A stretch of DNA of 64,000 nt from an uncultured Gemmatimonadales bacterium (GCA_963798845.1 CAWCUS010000006.1:1056001-1120000); one strand, 5' to 3'. Positions 19,304 through 30,192 are shown, counted from the first letter of the stretch. The notes: generated from the sequence alone by a model not told the origin. Numbers and translations are program-made.

Positions 19304-19995
19304 CGAGGCAGCACCGGCACTTCGAGGACGAGCTGGATCGCCTCAAGGAGAGCCTGGTACGCATGGCCGGCCTCGCCGAAGAGCTGGTGGACACGGCGGT
19401 GTCCGCGCTCATGGAGCGGGACGCGGTGAAAGCGCAGGTGGTGATCGATCGCGACCACGAGGTGGACGCGCTGGAGATCAAGGTGGACAACCAGGCGATC
19501 CAGCTCCTGGCCCTCCAGCAGCCCATGGCTCGCGATCTCCGCTTCATCACCATGGCCATGAAGATCGGCAACGACCTGGAGCGTGTGGGCGACCACGCGG
19601 TCAACATCGCCGAAAACGTGGCCTCCATCGCCAAGGCGCATCCGCTCCCTCACCTCCCCGAGCTCGAGGAGATGACCGGCCTGGCCACGGACATGCTCAA
19701 CGACGCTCTGGACGCCTTCGTCCGCAGCGACAGCACCGCCGCACTCGACATCGGCCGACGCGATGATCGCGTGGACGAGTTGCACGACAACGTGTTCCGG
19801 ATCCTCCTCACGCACATGATGGAGGACTCGCGGAAGATCGGACCCGGGATGGACATCATCCTCGTGTCGCGCAACCTGGAGCGGATCGCCGACCTCGCCA
19901 CCAACATCGCGGAGGACGTGGTGTTCATGGTCGAGGGCCGGACCATCAAGCACGGCTACGGCGAAGCCGCGGCTGCAGGCCCGTCGGGCGGCTGA
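19300..19995 (+). CDS. phoU: Phosphate signalling protein PhoU
   Basis: [38 protein letters not shown]. Confidence 0.97.
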   Translation: MTRQHRHFEDELDRLKESLVRMAGLAEELVDTAVSALMERDAVKAQVVIDRDHEVDALEIKVDNQAIQLLALQQPMARDLRFITMAMKIGNDLERVGDHAVNIAENVASIAKAHPLPHLPELEEMTGLATDMLNDALDAFVRSDSTAALDIGRRDDRVDELHDNVFRILLTHMMEDSRKIGPGMDIILVSRNLERIADLATNIAEDVVFMVEGRTIKHGYGEAAAAGPSGG

Positions 19996-20144
19996 CTGGC
20001 GCAGGTCGCCCGGGCCGCGGCTCCACCGGTCCAGGCGTGGTGGCGGCGACCGGAGAGCGCCTCCCGGCTTGACACCGCGCGGGCGCCATCCCCATCCTGC
20101 CCCGGTTCGGTCCCATCCATTCCACCCCGCAGCGAGAGGGGGCG

Positions 20145-21074
20145 ATGCCGCGCCACGAGCCGTCGGAGCGAGCGCAGCGGGCGCGGTCCAATGGAGACCC
20201 GCAGGCCGAGCGACCCGGTCATCCCGGCCACCCCGTCGTGGACGAGGTCGAAGTCCTCGAGGAGCTGCTCGCGCAGGTCGTGGAGGAGACCCAGCCACGC
20301 GCAGTCCCCTGGTTCGCGGATCTGCGGGGCCGCGGTGCGATCATCACGGGTGCGGCCACCGGGATCGGCCGGGCCATCGCGCTGGAGCTGGCTCGCCATG
20401 GCGCCGCTATCGCGTTCAACTACCTCGACCACGGCGACGGCGTGCGGGAGGACGCGGAGCGCACTGCGCTGGAGCTGCGCCAGCTGGAGGTCGCGGTTTA
20501 CTCCATGGAGTGCGACATCCGCGACCCGGACGCGGTGAAGGAGTTCGTCAATGGCGCCCGCGAGGCGCTGGGGAGGGTGGACATCCTGGTGAACAACGCC
20601 GGGGTGGCGAGGGACCGGGCGCTCTGGCGCATGAGCGACTCGGAGTGGGACGAGGTCCTGGCCACGAACCTCACGGGCGCGTTCAACATGATCCGGGCCG
20701 TGGCCCCACTGTTCCGCTCCCAGCAGGATGGAAAGATCGTGAACATCAGTTCGGTCCATGGGCTCCAGCCCGAGTTCGGGCTGGCCAACTACTCGGCTTC
20801 GAAGGCGGGCCTCCTCAGCCTCACGCGCTCGGCGGCGATCGAGCTCGGGCCGTCGAACGTGAACGTGAACGCCGTCGCACCTGGATACATCCGGACCACT
20901 CGCCTGACCGACGCCGTGCCCGCGGAGATCCTCGACCGGGCACGGGAGCGCAGCGTGCTCGGCCGGCTCGGGGATCCCCAGGACGTGGCCAACGTGGTGC
21001 TGTTCCTCTGCTCGGAGCAGGCGCGCCACATCACGGGGGTGGTCATCCCCGTGGACGGCGGCCACCTCCTCTGA
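20145..21074 (+). CDS. SDR oxidoreductase (FabG-like)
   Basis: TGAATGIG, NNAG, YSASK, VNAVAPG; start may lie downstream. Confidence 0.9.
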   Translation: MPRHEPSERAQRARSNGDPQAERPGHPGHPVVDEVEVLEELLAQVVEETQPRAVPWFADLRGRGAIITGAATGIGRAIALELARHGAAIAFNYLDHGDGVREDAERTALELRQLEVAVYSMECDIRDPDAVKEFVNGAREALGRVDILVNNAGVARDRALWRMSDSEWDEVLATNLTGAFNMIRAVAPLFRSQQDGKIVNISSVHGLQPEFGLANYSASKAGLLSLTRSAAIELGPSNVNVNAVAPGYIRTTRLTDAVPAEILDRARERSVLGRLGDPQDVANVVLFLCSEQARHITGVVIPVDGGHLL

Positions 21075-21694
21075 TGCGGGGTCAGGCTGCGCGGACCGCA
21101 CGCCGTTCGGCCGCCATATGGGGGGCGGTGACCGCCGTCGTCGCTGCAACGGTGGGCGGCTGCGGCGGCCGAGCGACGCCGGCCGGCGCAGCGCCCACGC
21201 CCCCGCCGCTCGACCTGCGCGGGGCTCGTGTGATGCTGGTTCCCGCGCTGGCGGGTTCGCCGGATCAGGTCGATGCGGAGCTCGCGTTCTGGCTCCAGGA
21301 CGGTTCGCCCGACACGGAGTGGATTCTGCCCGACGAGCTGCAGGCGGTGGCCGACCGGACGCCCCAGTGGCGCCTGAAATTGCGGAACGATCCGCGCACG
21401 GTGGTGGAGACCAGCCCGGGCCATCGACGTCTGGCCGACCCGCTGTACGGTGACCTCCGTCGGCTGGGCGCAGTACTGGACGCGAATTACGCCCTGGTGC
21501 CGATCAATGTGCGGAGAGGGGTGGCGGCAGACAGCATGGGCGCCATGGCCGCGACCATCACCGCCGCGTTCGTGGACATCCGGGGCGGCACGGTGGCATG
21601 GCTCGGGACGGTGGAAGGCAAGGCGCGGGGCGGGAACGGAGAGGGGGCGATAGCCGCGGCTGCTGCGGCGCTGGCGCGGGCGCTGTCGCCGTGA
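21074..21694 (+). CDS. Hypothetical lipoprotein
   Basis: TGATG coupling with SDR gene; VGGC lipobox-like. Confidence 0.6.
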   Translation: MRGQAARTARRSAAIWGAVTAVVAATVGGCGGRATPAGAAPTPPPLDLRGARVMLVPALAGSPDQVDAELAFWLQDGSPDTEWILPDELQAVADRTPQWRLKLRNDPRTVVETSPGHRRLADPLYGDLRRLGAVLDANYALVPINVRRGVAADSMGAMAATITAAFVDIRGGTVAWLGTVEGKARGGNGEGAIAAAAAALARALSP

Positions 21695-21731
21695 TAGGCT
21701 TTGGGCCCCCGATGGGGTGTGAGCAACGCGG

Positions 21732-22280
21732 ATGGTAATGGCAGTGCGACGGACAGCGAAGCAACTGACAACCGCGGGCGTGATCGCCTGCGTTTTCTTT
21801 TCTGGCGGGTGCGACCGGGTCCAGCACGTGCTGGGCCGGGGCAGACCGAGCGCCCCGAGCGCCGATCAGGTCAGGCCGTACTACGCGGGCGCGAAGGGCG
21901 TGGACAGCGTGCAGATGAACGGCAACGTGGTCGAGCTCACGGTGCGCCAGCCGTTCCGCCAGCTCGAGCGCGGCGGCTCCATCTGGGCGCGCGTCGGCCC
22001 CTTCATATACCTCATGACCCCCGCCACGCGCTCGGTGTTCACCGAGTTCCCGGGCGTCGCGGCGGTGCGCGTGACCACGGTCCTCCCCGACGGCGAGGAG
22101 GTGGCGCGCGCGATGCTCCGCAGGGAGGCGCTGACCGACATCCGCTGGCGCCGGACTCTGAACCTGCTGGGCCACGCGCTTCAGGAAGGGCGGCAGAATC
22201 CGCGCAAGCTCGAGGAGCTCACCGAGTGGAGCGAGGAGTACACCCAGTTCCACTACAATCCGAAATTCGCAAAATCCTGA
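21732..22280 (+). CDS. Hypothetical lipoprotein
   Basis: SGGC after a hydrophobic stretch; co-oriented in operon. Confidence 0.6.
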   Translation: MVMAVRRTAKQLTTAGVIACVFFSGGCDRVQHVLGRGRPSAPSADQVRPYYAGAKGVDSVQMNGNVVELTVRQPFRQLERGGSIWARVGPFIYLMTPATRSVFTEFPGVAAVRVTTVLPDGEEVARAMLRREALTDIRWRRTLNLLGHALQEGRQNPRKLEELTEWSEEYTQFHYNPKFAKS

Positions 22281-22283
22281 GCG

Positions 22284-23306
<1,023 letters not shown>

Positions 23307-23408
23307 CCATTCACCGGGTGCTCGAGCGAGGGCGCTCTCCTCTCGCCCGCGCCGGACGAACGCCATAGCTTGAACGCCCCCCACTGAACCACTGAGCTCT
23401 ACAAGGAT

Positions 23409-24593
23409 ATGCCGAAATTCCAGGGTGTGGACTACTACGACATCGACTCCCTCCTCTCCGAAGAGGAGCGCATGGTGCGCGACACCATCCGCCAGTGGGT
23501 GGATGACGCGCTCCTCCCGATCATCCAGGAGGCGTACATCGAGCGGCGCTTCCCCACGGAGCTGATCCCGCAGATCGCCGAGCTTGGCATGCTCGGCGCC
23601 AACCTCCCCGAGGAGTACGGCGGCGCGGGGCTCAACAACGTGGCCTACGGACTCATCATGCAGGAGCTCGAGCGGGGCGACTCCGGCATCCGCAGCTTCG
23701 CGTCCGTCCAGGGCGCGCTGTGCATGTACCCGATCTTCGCCTTCGGCAGCGAAGAGCAGAAGAAGAAGTGGCTCCCGCCCATGGCACGCGGCGAGATCAT
23801 CGGCTGCTTCGGCCTCACCGAGCCCGACTTCGGCTCCAACCCCGGCGGGATGCTCACCACCGCCCGGAAAGACGGGGAGGGCTGGGTCCTGAACGGCGCC
23901 AAGATGTGGATCACCAACGGATCCATGGCCCACATCGCCATCGTCTGGGCCAAGACCGGCGACATCGAGGACGCCTCCTCCATCCGCGGCTTCATCGTCC
24001 CAACCGACACGGAGGGATTCACCGCCCGCGACCAGAAGGGGAAGCTCAGCCTCCTGGCGTCGGACACGTCCGAGCTCGTCCTCGAGGACGTGCGCGTGGG
24101 CGATGACGCGCTGCTGCCGGACTCCGGCGGGCTGAAGAGTCCCCTCATGTGCCTCACGCAGGCGCGCTACGGCATCGCCTGGGGCGGCGTCGGCGCCGCC
24201 ATGGCCTGCTACGACGAGGCGCTCGGCTACTCCCGGCAGCGCACGCAGTTCGGCGACGTCCCCATCGGCGGAAAGCAGCTCCAGCAGGCTCGCCTCGCCG
24301 AGATGCTCACCGCCATAACCCAGGGCCAGCTCCTCGTCCTCCAGCTCGGCCGGCTCAAGGACCGCGGCACCATGCGCCCCCAGCAGGTCTCCCTGGCCAA
24401 GCGCGCCATGGTCTCCATGGCCGCGGATACCGCTCGGGAGGCGCGCCGCCTCCTCGGCGCAAACGGCATCCTCGTCGAGTACTCCGCCATGCGCCACATG
24501 GCCAACCTCGAGAGCGTCTACACGTACGAAGGCACCCACGACATCCACACGCTGATCCTGGGTCAGGACGTCACGGGATACCCTGCTTTCTAA
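23409..24593 (+). CDS. Acyl-CoA dehydrogenase, glutaryl-CoA dehydrogenase-like
   Basis: ELERGDSGIRS, GCFGLTEPDFGSNP, LESVYTYEGTHDIH. Confidence 0.9.
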   Translation: MPKFQGVDYYDIDSLLSEEERMVRDTIRQWVDDALLPIIQEAYIERRFPTELIPQIAELGMLGANLPEEYGGAGLNNVAYGLIMQELERGDSGIRSFASVQGALCMYPIFAFGSEEQKKKWLPPMARGEIIGCFGLTEPDFGSNPGGMLTTARKDGEGWVLNGAKMWITNGSMAHIAIVWAKTGDIEDASSIRGFIVPTDTEGFTARDQKGKLSLLASDTSELVLEDVRVGDDALLPDSGGLKSPLMCLTQARYGIAWGGVGAAMACYDEALGYSRQRTQFGDVPIGGKQLQQARLAEMLTAITQGQLLVLQLGRLKDRGTMRPQQVSLAKRAMVSMAADTAREARRLLGANGILVEYSAMRHMANLESVYTYEGTHDIHTLILGQDVTGYPAF

Positions 24594-24726
24594 ACGGCCC
24601 CGCCCGCGTCCCCCCTCACCCCGTGGACGTCGGGCCGCGGGCGCGGCCGGCCCGGAGGCGCGGGGCCGGTCCGGGCGGCTGCGTCTCACGTCAAGTCGTT
24701 GTGCAGCAGCTGCTTACAACCATTCC

Positions 24727-24742
24727 CGGCATGGCGATTGCA
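24727..24742 (+). promoter_or_regulatory. Putative sigma54 promoter CGGCATGGCGATTGCA
   Basis: GG-N10-GC with GGCA and TTGCA, ~55 bp upstream of the CBS gene. Confidence 0.45.
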
Positions 24743-24795
24743 CCTCCACCACCCTCTGGAGCAGTCCCTTCCGAAACCCCGACCGGAGGCGATTC

Positions 24796-25242
24796 ATGAA
24801 GGCACGAGAGCTCATGACCGAGAACCCGGAGTGCGTGAGCGAGGGCGAGAGCGTGCAGCGCGCCGCGCAGCTCATGCGCGACCTGAACGTGGGACTCATC
24901 CCGGTGGTGGACGACGCCTCGAGCCGCCGGCTGCGCGGGGTGATCACGGACCGGGACATCGCCATCCGTCACGTGGCCGAAGGCCACGACGCCGGCAGCT
25001 GCCGCGTGGGCGACGAGATGTCGCGGGGCGACCTGTTCACGGTTACGCCCGAGGACAGCACCGACACCGTGATGAGCCGGATGAGGGAGGGGCAGGTGCG
25101 GCGGATCCCGGTGGTGGAGGACGAGCGGGTGGTCGGCATGATCGCCCAGGCGGACCTGGCCGTGGAAATGCCGGACAGCGAAGCGCGCGAGGTGGAGCGG
25201 ACCGTGGAGGAGATCTCCGAGCCGGCCGAGCCGGAGCGCTGA
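24796..25242 (+). CDS. CBS-domain protein
   Basis: GVITDRDI, VRRIPVV, GMIAQADL; GGAGG RBS. Confidence 0.9.
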   Translation: MKARELMTENPECVSEGESVQRAAQLMRDLNVGLIPVVDDASSRRLRGVITDRDIAIRHVAEGHDAGSCRVGDEMSRGDLFTVTPEDSTDTVMSRMREGQVRRIPVVEDERVVGMIAQADLAVEMPDSEAREVERTVEEISEPAEPER

Positions 25243-25332
25243 CGTACCGAGGTCGGCCTCCGTCCGCTCGCGTCCGGCGGAGCCCCGGCCCCGGAGCGGG
25301 ACCCGGCAGGTGGGCGGTGCGTGCGCGGCGCC

Positions 25333-25430
25333 GCCTGCCGCCCTCGCCTGCCCACCGTCGCCGGCCCGCCCTCGCCTGCCCGCCCTCGCCGGCCCGCCCT
25401 CGCCGGCCCCCGCCCTCGCCCGCCCCCGCC
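25333..25430. repeat. Low-complexity tandem repeat, ~14-bp unit CCGCCCTCGCC(T/G)GC
   Basis: About 6 degenerate copies, intergenic. Confidence 0.6.
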
Positions 25431-25507
25431 GCGCTACGCTCGCCCCGGCAGGCCGACTTCCGTTCCGTTATCCCCGGGTCACAGGGGACGCTTGCCACGC
25501 CGCAATG

Positions 25508-25522
25508 TATGCGTTACGCATA
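25508..25522. promoter_or_regulatory. Palindrome TATGCGT-T-ACGCATA, candidate PadR operator
   Basis: Perfect 7-1-7 inverted repeat ~45 bp upstream of padR. Confidence 0.55.
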
Positions 25523-25566
25523 TATGTGCGACACAGGCTTCTGCCCCCACAACCACGGGCTCCCAC

Positions 25567-25929
25567 ATGGACCGCTCCCGCTTCGGGGTCGATGACTTCC
25601 TGCCGCTCCGGCCTGTCGAGTTTCACATCCTCCTGAGCCTGGCTCGCGGTGCGCGCCACGGGTACGGGATCATCCAGGACGCGGAGGCACGGAGCGACGC
25701 GCCGGTGCCCGACGTGGGCACACTCTACCGGGCGCTGCGACGGTTCCGCGAGCGTGGCCTGATCGAGGACGCGGATGCGCCGGCGTCGGAGGCGGCGGCG
25801 GGGGACGACCGTCGGAACTACTACCGGATCACGGATCTCGGTCTGCGCGTGGCGCGAGGAGAGGCGCGCCGGCTGGAGACCCTGACGCGGGCGGCGCGGG
25901 CGGGGGGCCTGCTGGAGGGGCTGGCGTGA
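25567..25929 (+). CDS. PadR-family transcriptional regulator
   Basis: FHILLSL, RHGYGI, GTLYRAL, RRNYYRITDLG. Confidence 0.9.
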   Translation: MDRSRFGVDDFLPLRPVEFHILLSLARGARHGYGIIQDAEARSDAPVPDVGTLYRALRRFRERGLIEDADAPASEAAAGDDRRNYYRITDLGLRVARGEARRLETLTRAARAGGLLEGLA

Positions 25930-28595
25930 CGGGGCGCGACGCGGGCGGCGCTGCGGCGGCCGTGCTGCGGTGGTTGCTCCGTTGTTACCCCGAGGATTTC
26001 CGGGCCGACGTGGGTCCCGAGTGGCTGTCGACGTATCGCGAGCGGGCGCGGGTGGCTCGCTCGGCCGGGATCGGCCCGACTGTGTCGTTCTGGTGGTCCG
26101 CGGTGGCAGACTCGGTGCGCAATGGTCTGGGCGAGCGGGCGCGCCCGGCGGTGGCGTGGCGCCGGCGCGGCGACTGGGGGCGGGACACCCAGCGGGCGGT
26201 TCGTCGATTGGTACGGGCGCCGGCGTTCACGCTTGCGACGGCGGGCACGCTGGCGGTGGGGCTGGGCGCTTTCGCGGTAGTGTGGGCGGTGGTGGACAAC
26301 GTCCTGCTGGAAGCGCCGGCCTACGAGCGACCGCAGGACCTGTACTGGGTGTGGCGGGACTACAGCGCGTTCATGGACCTGGACCGTGGGTGGCTGAGCG
26401 GTGCGGACGTGGCGGCGCTGGACACGGCAGGAGGCCCCATCGAGGGCGCTGTGGCGACTCAGGTGGGTCGGGTGGCCGTCGCGACGGGGGAGGGTGGCGG
26501 CCCCGAGGAGCTGAAGGCGATGTACACGGGGCCCGGCTTCTTCGACCTGGTGGGAGTCGCCCCTGCGCTCGGCCGCGGCTTCGCTCCCGACGAGGGGGGC
26601 GCGGGCCGTCCCGACCTGGCGGTGCTCGGTCACGATCTCTGGCGCACGTCGTTCGGTGCCGACGCGGCGATCGTGGGGCGGACGCTCCGGATCGACGGTG
26701 ACCCGTACGTGGTGATCGGCGTCATGCCGGAAGGCTTCAGGTTCGCACGCCACTCGAGCCTCGGGGGGCCCGAGACGGCGGACCTCTACCTGACGTTCCC
26801 GTACAATGTGGCCCTGCGCAGCCCGGCGGGCGGCTCGGTGGCCGGACTGCTGCGGGCCAGGCCCGGCGAGGACCCGGCGCGGGTGGACGCGGCGGTGGCG
26901 GCCGTCGGCACGGGGCTCGACGAGCGTCTGTTCGGCTCGCGCGGCGTCCGCTACTACGCCGTGGGTCTCCTGCCCGATCTGGTTGCGCCGGTGCGTCCTG
27001 CGCTGGTCGTCCTCGCCCTCGCGGGCGCATTTCTCGTCCTGGTCCTGGGCGCCAATCTGGCGACGCTCCTCCTGGGCCGGGCCGCCCAGCGCGAGCGGGA
27101 GCTGGCCGTGGCTCGCGCGCTCGGCGCCGGCCGGTGGCCGTTGGCACGGGCGACGCTGCTGGAGGGGGCGCTCCTGGGGCTCCTCGGCGCCGGAGGCGGC
27201 CTGCTGCTGGCGCTCCGCGGCACGCGCGCGCTGGTGGCCCGGGTCCCCCCCGACCTGCCGCGCCGCGCCGCGATCTCCGTGGACGGGACAGTGGTGGCCG
27301 TGGTGCTGGGGCTCGGGCTCCTCCTGGGCCTCGCCGCGGCCGCCATTCCCGCCGCGTGGGCCGCCCGCTCCCGCCTGGGCGACGTGCTCCGGCAGGCCAG
27401 CGTGCGCGGCGGCGCGGGCGGCGGTCGGCTCCGCCGTGGGATGATCGTGGTCCAGGTCGCCCTCTCCCTGGTCCTGCTGAGCGCCGGCGGCGTGCTGGTG
27501 CGGAGCGTCCAGGCGCTCCTCCGGACCGATCCGGGATTCCGGGCGACGGGGGCACTCACGTTCGCGGTGTCCCTCTCCGGCGGCGCCTATGCTGACGATG
27601 GATCCGTGCTTGACTTCCAGGACCGCTTTCTCCGGTCGCTGCGCTCGATTCCGGGCGTCACGACGGCCGGGGGCGTCTCCGCGCTGCCGCTGTCCGCAGC
27701 CGCCCAGCAGATCACCGTCGGCTTTGCGGGAGCGCCGGGGAACACCGGGCAGAAGGATCACGACGAGCCCCTCGTCGACGTCGTACGGGCCACGGAAGGC
27801 GCGGTCCCGGCGCTCGGCGCCCGCCTCCTGGCCGGCCGCGTCCCGGCCTTCGACGCGGAGAGCGGTGAGAACGAAGTCATGATCGACCAGACGCTCGCCG
27901 CGACCTTCTACCCGGACGGGAGCGCGCTCGGGGCCACGGTGGTGGCGGGCGACGAGACGCTCCGGGTGGTGGGCGTGCTCCAGCAGCCCCGGCTCTACGA
28001 CGTCCACCGCGACGACCGCGGGCAGCTCTGGGTTCGCAGTCGCGACGCCGTCGCGCGCTCGCTCCACTACGTCATCCGCTCGGAGCGTCGGCCGGCCTCC
28101 CTGGTCGGGGATGTGCGCGCTGCGCTGCGCGCCACGGACCCCGCGCTTCCGCTCTCGGACGTCCGACCGATCGGCGACCTGGTGAGCGAAGCCCTCGGGC
28201 GACAGCGCCTCAGCGCCACGCTGATCGCCGCTTTCGCCCTGGGCGCCCTGGCGCTGGCCGCCATGGGCCTCTCCGGCATCGTCTCGGCGACGGTCACGCG
28301 CCGGCGCCCCGAGCTCGGGATCCGCATGGCCCTGGGCGCTGATGCCGGGCGCGTGCTGCGCATGGTCGTGCGGGACGGCCTCGCCCTCGTCGGGCTAGGC
28401 CTGGTCGTCGCGGTCCCCGGGATCTGGGCGGCCGGCCGGCTGCTGCGCGGCCTCCTGGTCGACGTGTCCCCGTTCGATCCCGTGACCCTCGCGGCCGTGG
28501 CCGCCGGGCTCGTGGCGGTCGCCTCTGTCGCGTGCTGGATCCCGGCCCGGCGTGTCACCGCGATCGATCCCTCACGGTCGCTCCGAGCCGAGTGA
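25926..28595 (+). CDS. ADOP-family duplicated ABC permease (MacB/FtsX-like)
   Basis: Two FtsX-type halves (RERELAVARALGA; RRPELGIRMALGA), QVALSLVLL, IPARR; coupled to padR. Confidence 0.9.
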   Translation: MTGRDAGGAAAAVLRWLLRCYPEDFRADVGPEWLSTYRERARVARSAGIGPTVSFWWSAVADSVRNGLGERARPAVAWRRRGDWGRDTQRAVRRLVRAPAFTLATAGTLAVGLGAFAVVWAVVDNVLLEAPAYERPQDLYWVWRDYSAFMDLDRGWLSGADVAALDTAGGPIEGAVATQVGRVAVATGEGGGPEELKAMYTGPGFFDLVGVAPALGRGFAPDEGGAGRPDLAVLGHDLWRTSFGADAAIVGRTLRIDGDPYVVIGVMPEGFRFARHSSLGGPETADLYLTFPYNVALRSPAGGSVAGLLRARPGEDPARVDAAVAAVGTGLDERLFGSRGVRYYAVGLLPDLVAPVRPALVVLALAGAFLVLVLGANLATLLLGRAAQRERELAVARALGAGRWPLARATLLEGALLGLLGAGGGLLLALRGTRALVARVPPDLPRRAAISVDGTVVAVVLGLGLLLGLAAAAIPAAWAARSRLGDVLRQASVRGGAGGGRLRRGMIVVQVALSLVLLSAGGVLVRSVQALLRTDPGFRATGALTFAVSLSGGAYADDGSVLDFQDRFLRSLRSIPGVTTAGGVSALPLSAAAQQITVGFAGAPGNTGQKDHDEPLVDVVRATEGAVPALGARLLAGRVPAFDAESGENEVMIDQTLAATFYPDGSALGATVVAGDETLRVVGVLQQPRLYDVHRDDRGQLWVRSRDAVARSLHYVIRSERRPASLVGDVRAALRATDPALPLSDVRPIGDLVSEALGRQRLSATLIAAFALGALALAAMGLSGIVSATVTRRRPELGIRMALGADAGRVLRMVVRDGLALVGLGLVVAVPGIWAAGRLLRGLLVDVSPFDPVTLAAVAAGLVAVASVACWIPARRVTAIDPSRSLRAE

Positions 28596-28679
28596 GGCGG
28601 AGCCGGGGTCGCCCGGTGTCGCCTCGCGTCGTCCGGAAGGGCTGCCTTGTCGGCGCCGTCCTCCAGGGCGCGCCGACGG

Positions 28680-28708
28680 TTGACAGGCCGGGGCGCCGGC
28701 ACTACAAT
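28680..28708 (+). promoter_or_regulatory. Sigma70 promoter TTGACA-N17-TACAAT
   Basis: Near-perfect consensus upstream of tRNA-Arg(ACG)/rnpB. Confidence 0.8.
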
Positions 28709-28782
28709 TCCGAGGCTGATCGGGGAGGGCAATCAACCCCGCGGGGCGCATCGCGAACCGCGGGCAGTTCTTTCTCCGGGTT

Positions 28783-28856
<74 letters not shown>

Positions 28857-28860
28857 CTGC

Positions 28861-28882
28861 CGGCCCCCCGCAGCGGGGGCCG
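28861..28882 (+). terminator. Hairpin CGGCCCCC-cgcagc-GGGGGCCG after tRNA
   Basis: Inverted repeat with a weak downstream T-run. Confidence 0.45.
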
Positions 28883-28899
28883 TGCTGTTTGACATCAGA

Positions 28900-29286
28900 G
28901 GGAAGCGAGTGCGAGCCGCGGCCGTCCGAGAGACGGTCGAGGAAAGTCCGAGCTCCGCAGGGCAGGGTGCCGGGTAACGCCCGGACGCCGCGAGGCGCTG
29001 GAAAGTGCCACAGAGAGCAGACCGCCGATGGCCGAAGCCGAAAGGCGCCGGTACAGGCAAGGGTGAAAGGGTGGTGCAAGAGACCACCGGGCGCCTGGCA
29101 ACAGGCGTCGCATGGTAAACCCCACCCGGAGCAAGGCCAAGCAGGGACAATGGCGCGGCCCGCGCCGCCGCGACTCCGGTCGCGACAGTCCCGGGTAGGC
29201 TGCTCGAGGCGGCGGGCGACCGCCGTCCCAGAGAAATGGCTCGCCTCCACGCGAGTGGAGACAGAACTCGGCTTATTCCGCTTCCC
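28900..29286 (+). ncRNA. rnpB: RNase P RNA (type A)
   Basis: GAGGAAAGTCCG, GAAAGTGCCACAGA, GGTAAACCCCACCCGGAGCAAG, ACAGAACTCGGCTTA; P1 ends GGGAAGCG/CGCTTCCC. Confidence 0.97.
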
Positions 29287-29367
29287 TTTTGTTCCTTGCC
29301 CGGCCGGAACGGGCCGACACGCGCAAGCGCGGCGGTTTCATCCGTCCCCGATACGTGGCGCGGTCGG

Positions 29368-29771
29368 GCGCCCGTAGCTCAGTTCTCGCCACGCTGCGCG
29401 TGACGAGACTTTGTCGAAGGGCAGACGTGCAGGCGGGTGGACAGTAGGTTGAGGTTCCACACGCATCTGCGCCCGTAGCTCAGTTCTCGCCACGCTGCGC
29501 GTGACGAGACTTTGTCGAAGGGCAGACGTGCAGGCGGGTGGACAGTAGGTTGAGGTTCCACACGCATCTGCGCCCGTAGCTCAGTTCTCGCCACGCTGCG
29601 CGTGACGAGACTTTGTCGAAGGGCAGACGTGCAGGCGGGTGGACAGCCGGTTGAGGTTCCACACGCATCTGCGCCCGTAGCTCAGTTCTCGCCACGCTGC
29701 GCGTGACGAGACTTTGTCGAAGGGCGGACGTGCAGGCGGGTGGAGAGTAGGTTGAGGTTCCACACGCATCT
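29368..29771 (+). repeat. Four 101-bp tandem repeats, each starting with the 5' 17 nt of tRNA-Arg(CCG)
   Basis: Units at 29368, 29469, 29570 and 29671; the fifth copy of the 17-mer is the tRNA start at 29772. Confidence 0.97.
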
Positions 29772-29845
29772 GCGCCCGTAGCTCAGTTGGATAGAGCGCA
29801 TGCCTCCGGAGCATGAGGTCACAGGTTCGAATCCTGTCGGGCGCA
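29772..29845 (+). tRNA. tRNA-Arg(CCG)
   Basis: Anticodon arm CATGC-CTCCGGA-GCATG; ACAGGTTCGAATCCTGT; acceptor GCGCCCG/CGGGCGC. Confidence 0.97.
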
Positions 29846-29851
29846 CTCGGA

Positions 29852-29886
29852 GAGGGGCCGGCCGCGGAAAACGCGGTCGGCCCCTC
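29852..29886 (+). terminator. 15-bp-stem hairpin after tRNA-Arg(CCG)
   Basis: GAGGGGCCGGCCGCG-gaaaa-CGCGGTCGGCCCCTC. Confidence 0.6.
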
Positions 29887-30192
29887 GTCGGTTCGGAGCC
29901 AGGTTGCCGCGCCCGGGAAGGGACTTTGATCGCGCGGTGCGCTGTTGCACGAGGGCGGCACAATGTGGCGCGGGCGCGATCACCCGCGGCCGTCAGAGCC
30001 GCGGTCCCGCTCGGCCTGCAGCACCGTGAGTCCCCATTCTCGGGGAATCGGCCCGGGGTGTGGCCACGGCTTGGCGGCCACGCACGAGATTTGCATTGTT
30101 CGAACCACTCACACATCCACATTCTCCGACGTCTCTACCCTCGCGCCGCCGGCTTTCAGCCGGGTGTGGCGCTTTCACGGTGACGACAGCGC

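Noticed and set aside
29363..29371. GTCGGGCGC matching the tRNA-CCG 3' end (29836-29844), suggesting a circular junction
   Set aside because: Only 5 nt extend beyond the shared GCGC; plausible by chance in GC-rich DNA
29368..29771. CRISPR array (17-nt repeat with 84-nt spacers)
   Set aside because: The would-be spacers are near-identical, the repeat is a tRNA fragment, and no cas genes are present
30080..30095. Sigma54-like site ACGCACGAGATTTGCA
   Set aside because: Lacks the invariant -24 GG
29379..30122. Repeated 71-146 aa minus-strand ORFs
   Set aside because: By-products of the 101-bp repeat and antisense to the tRNA
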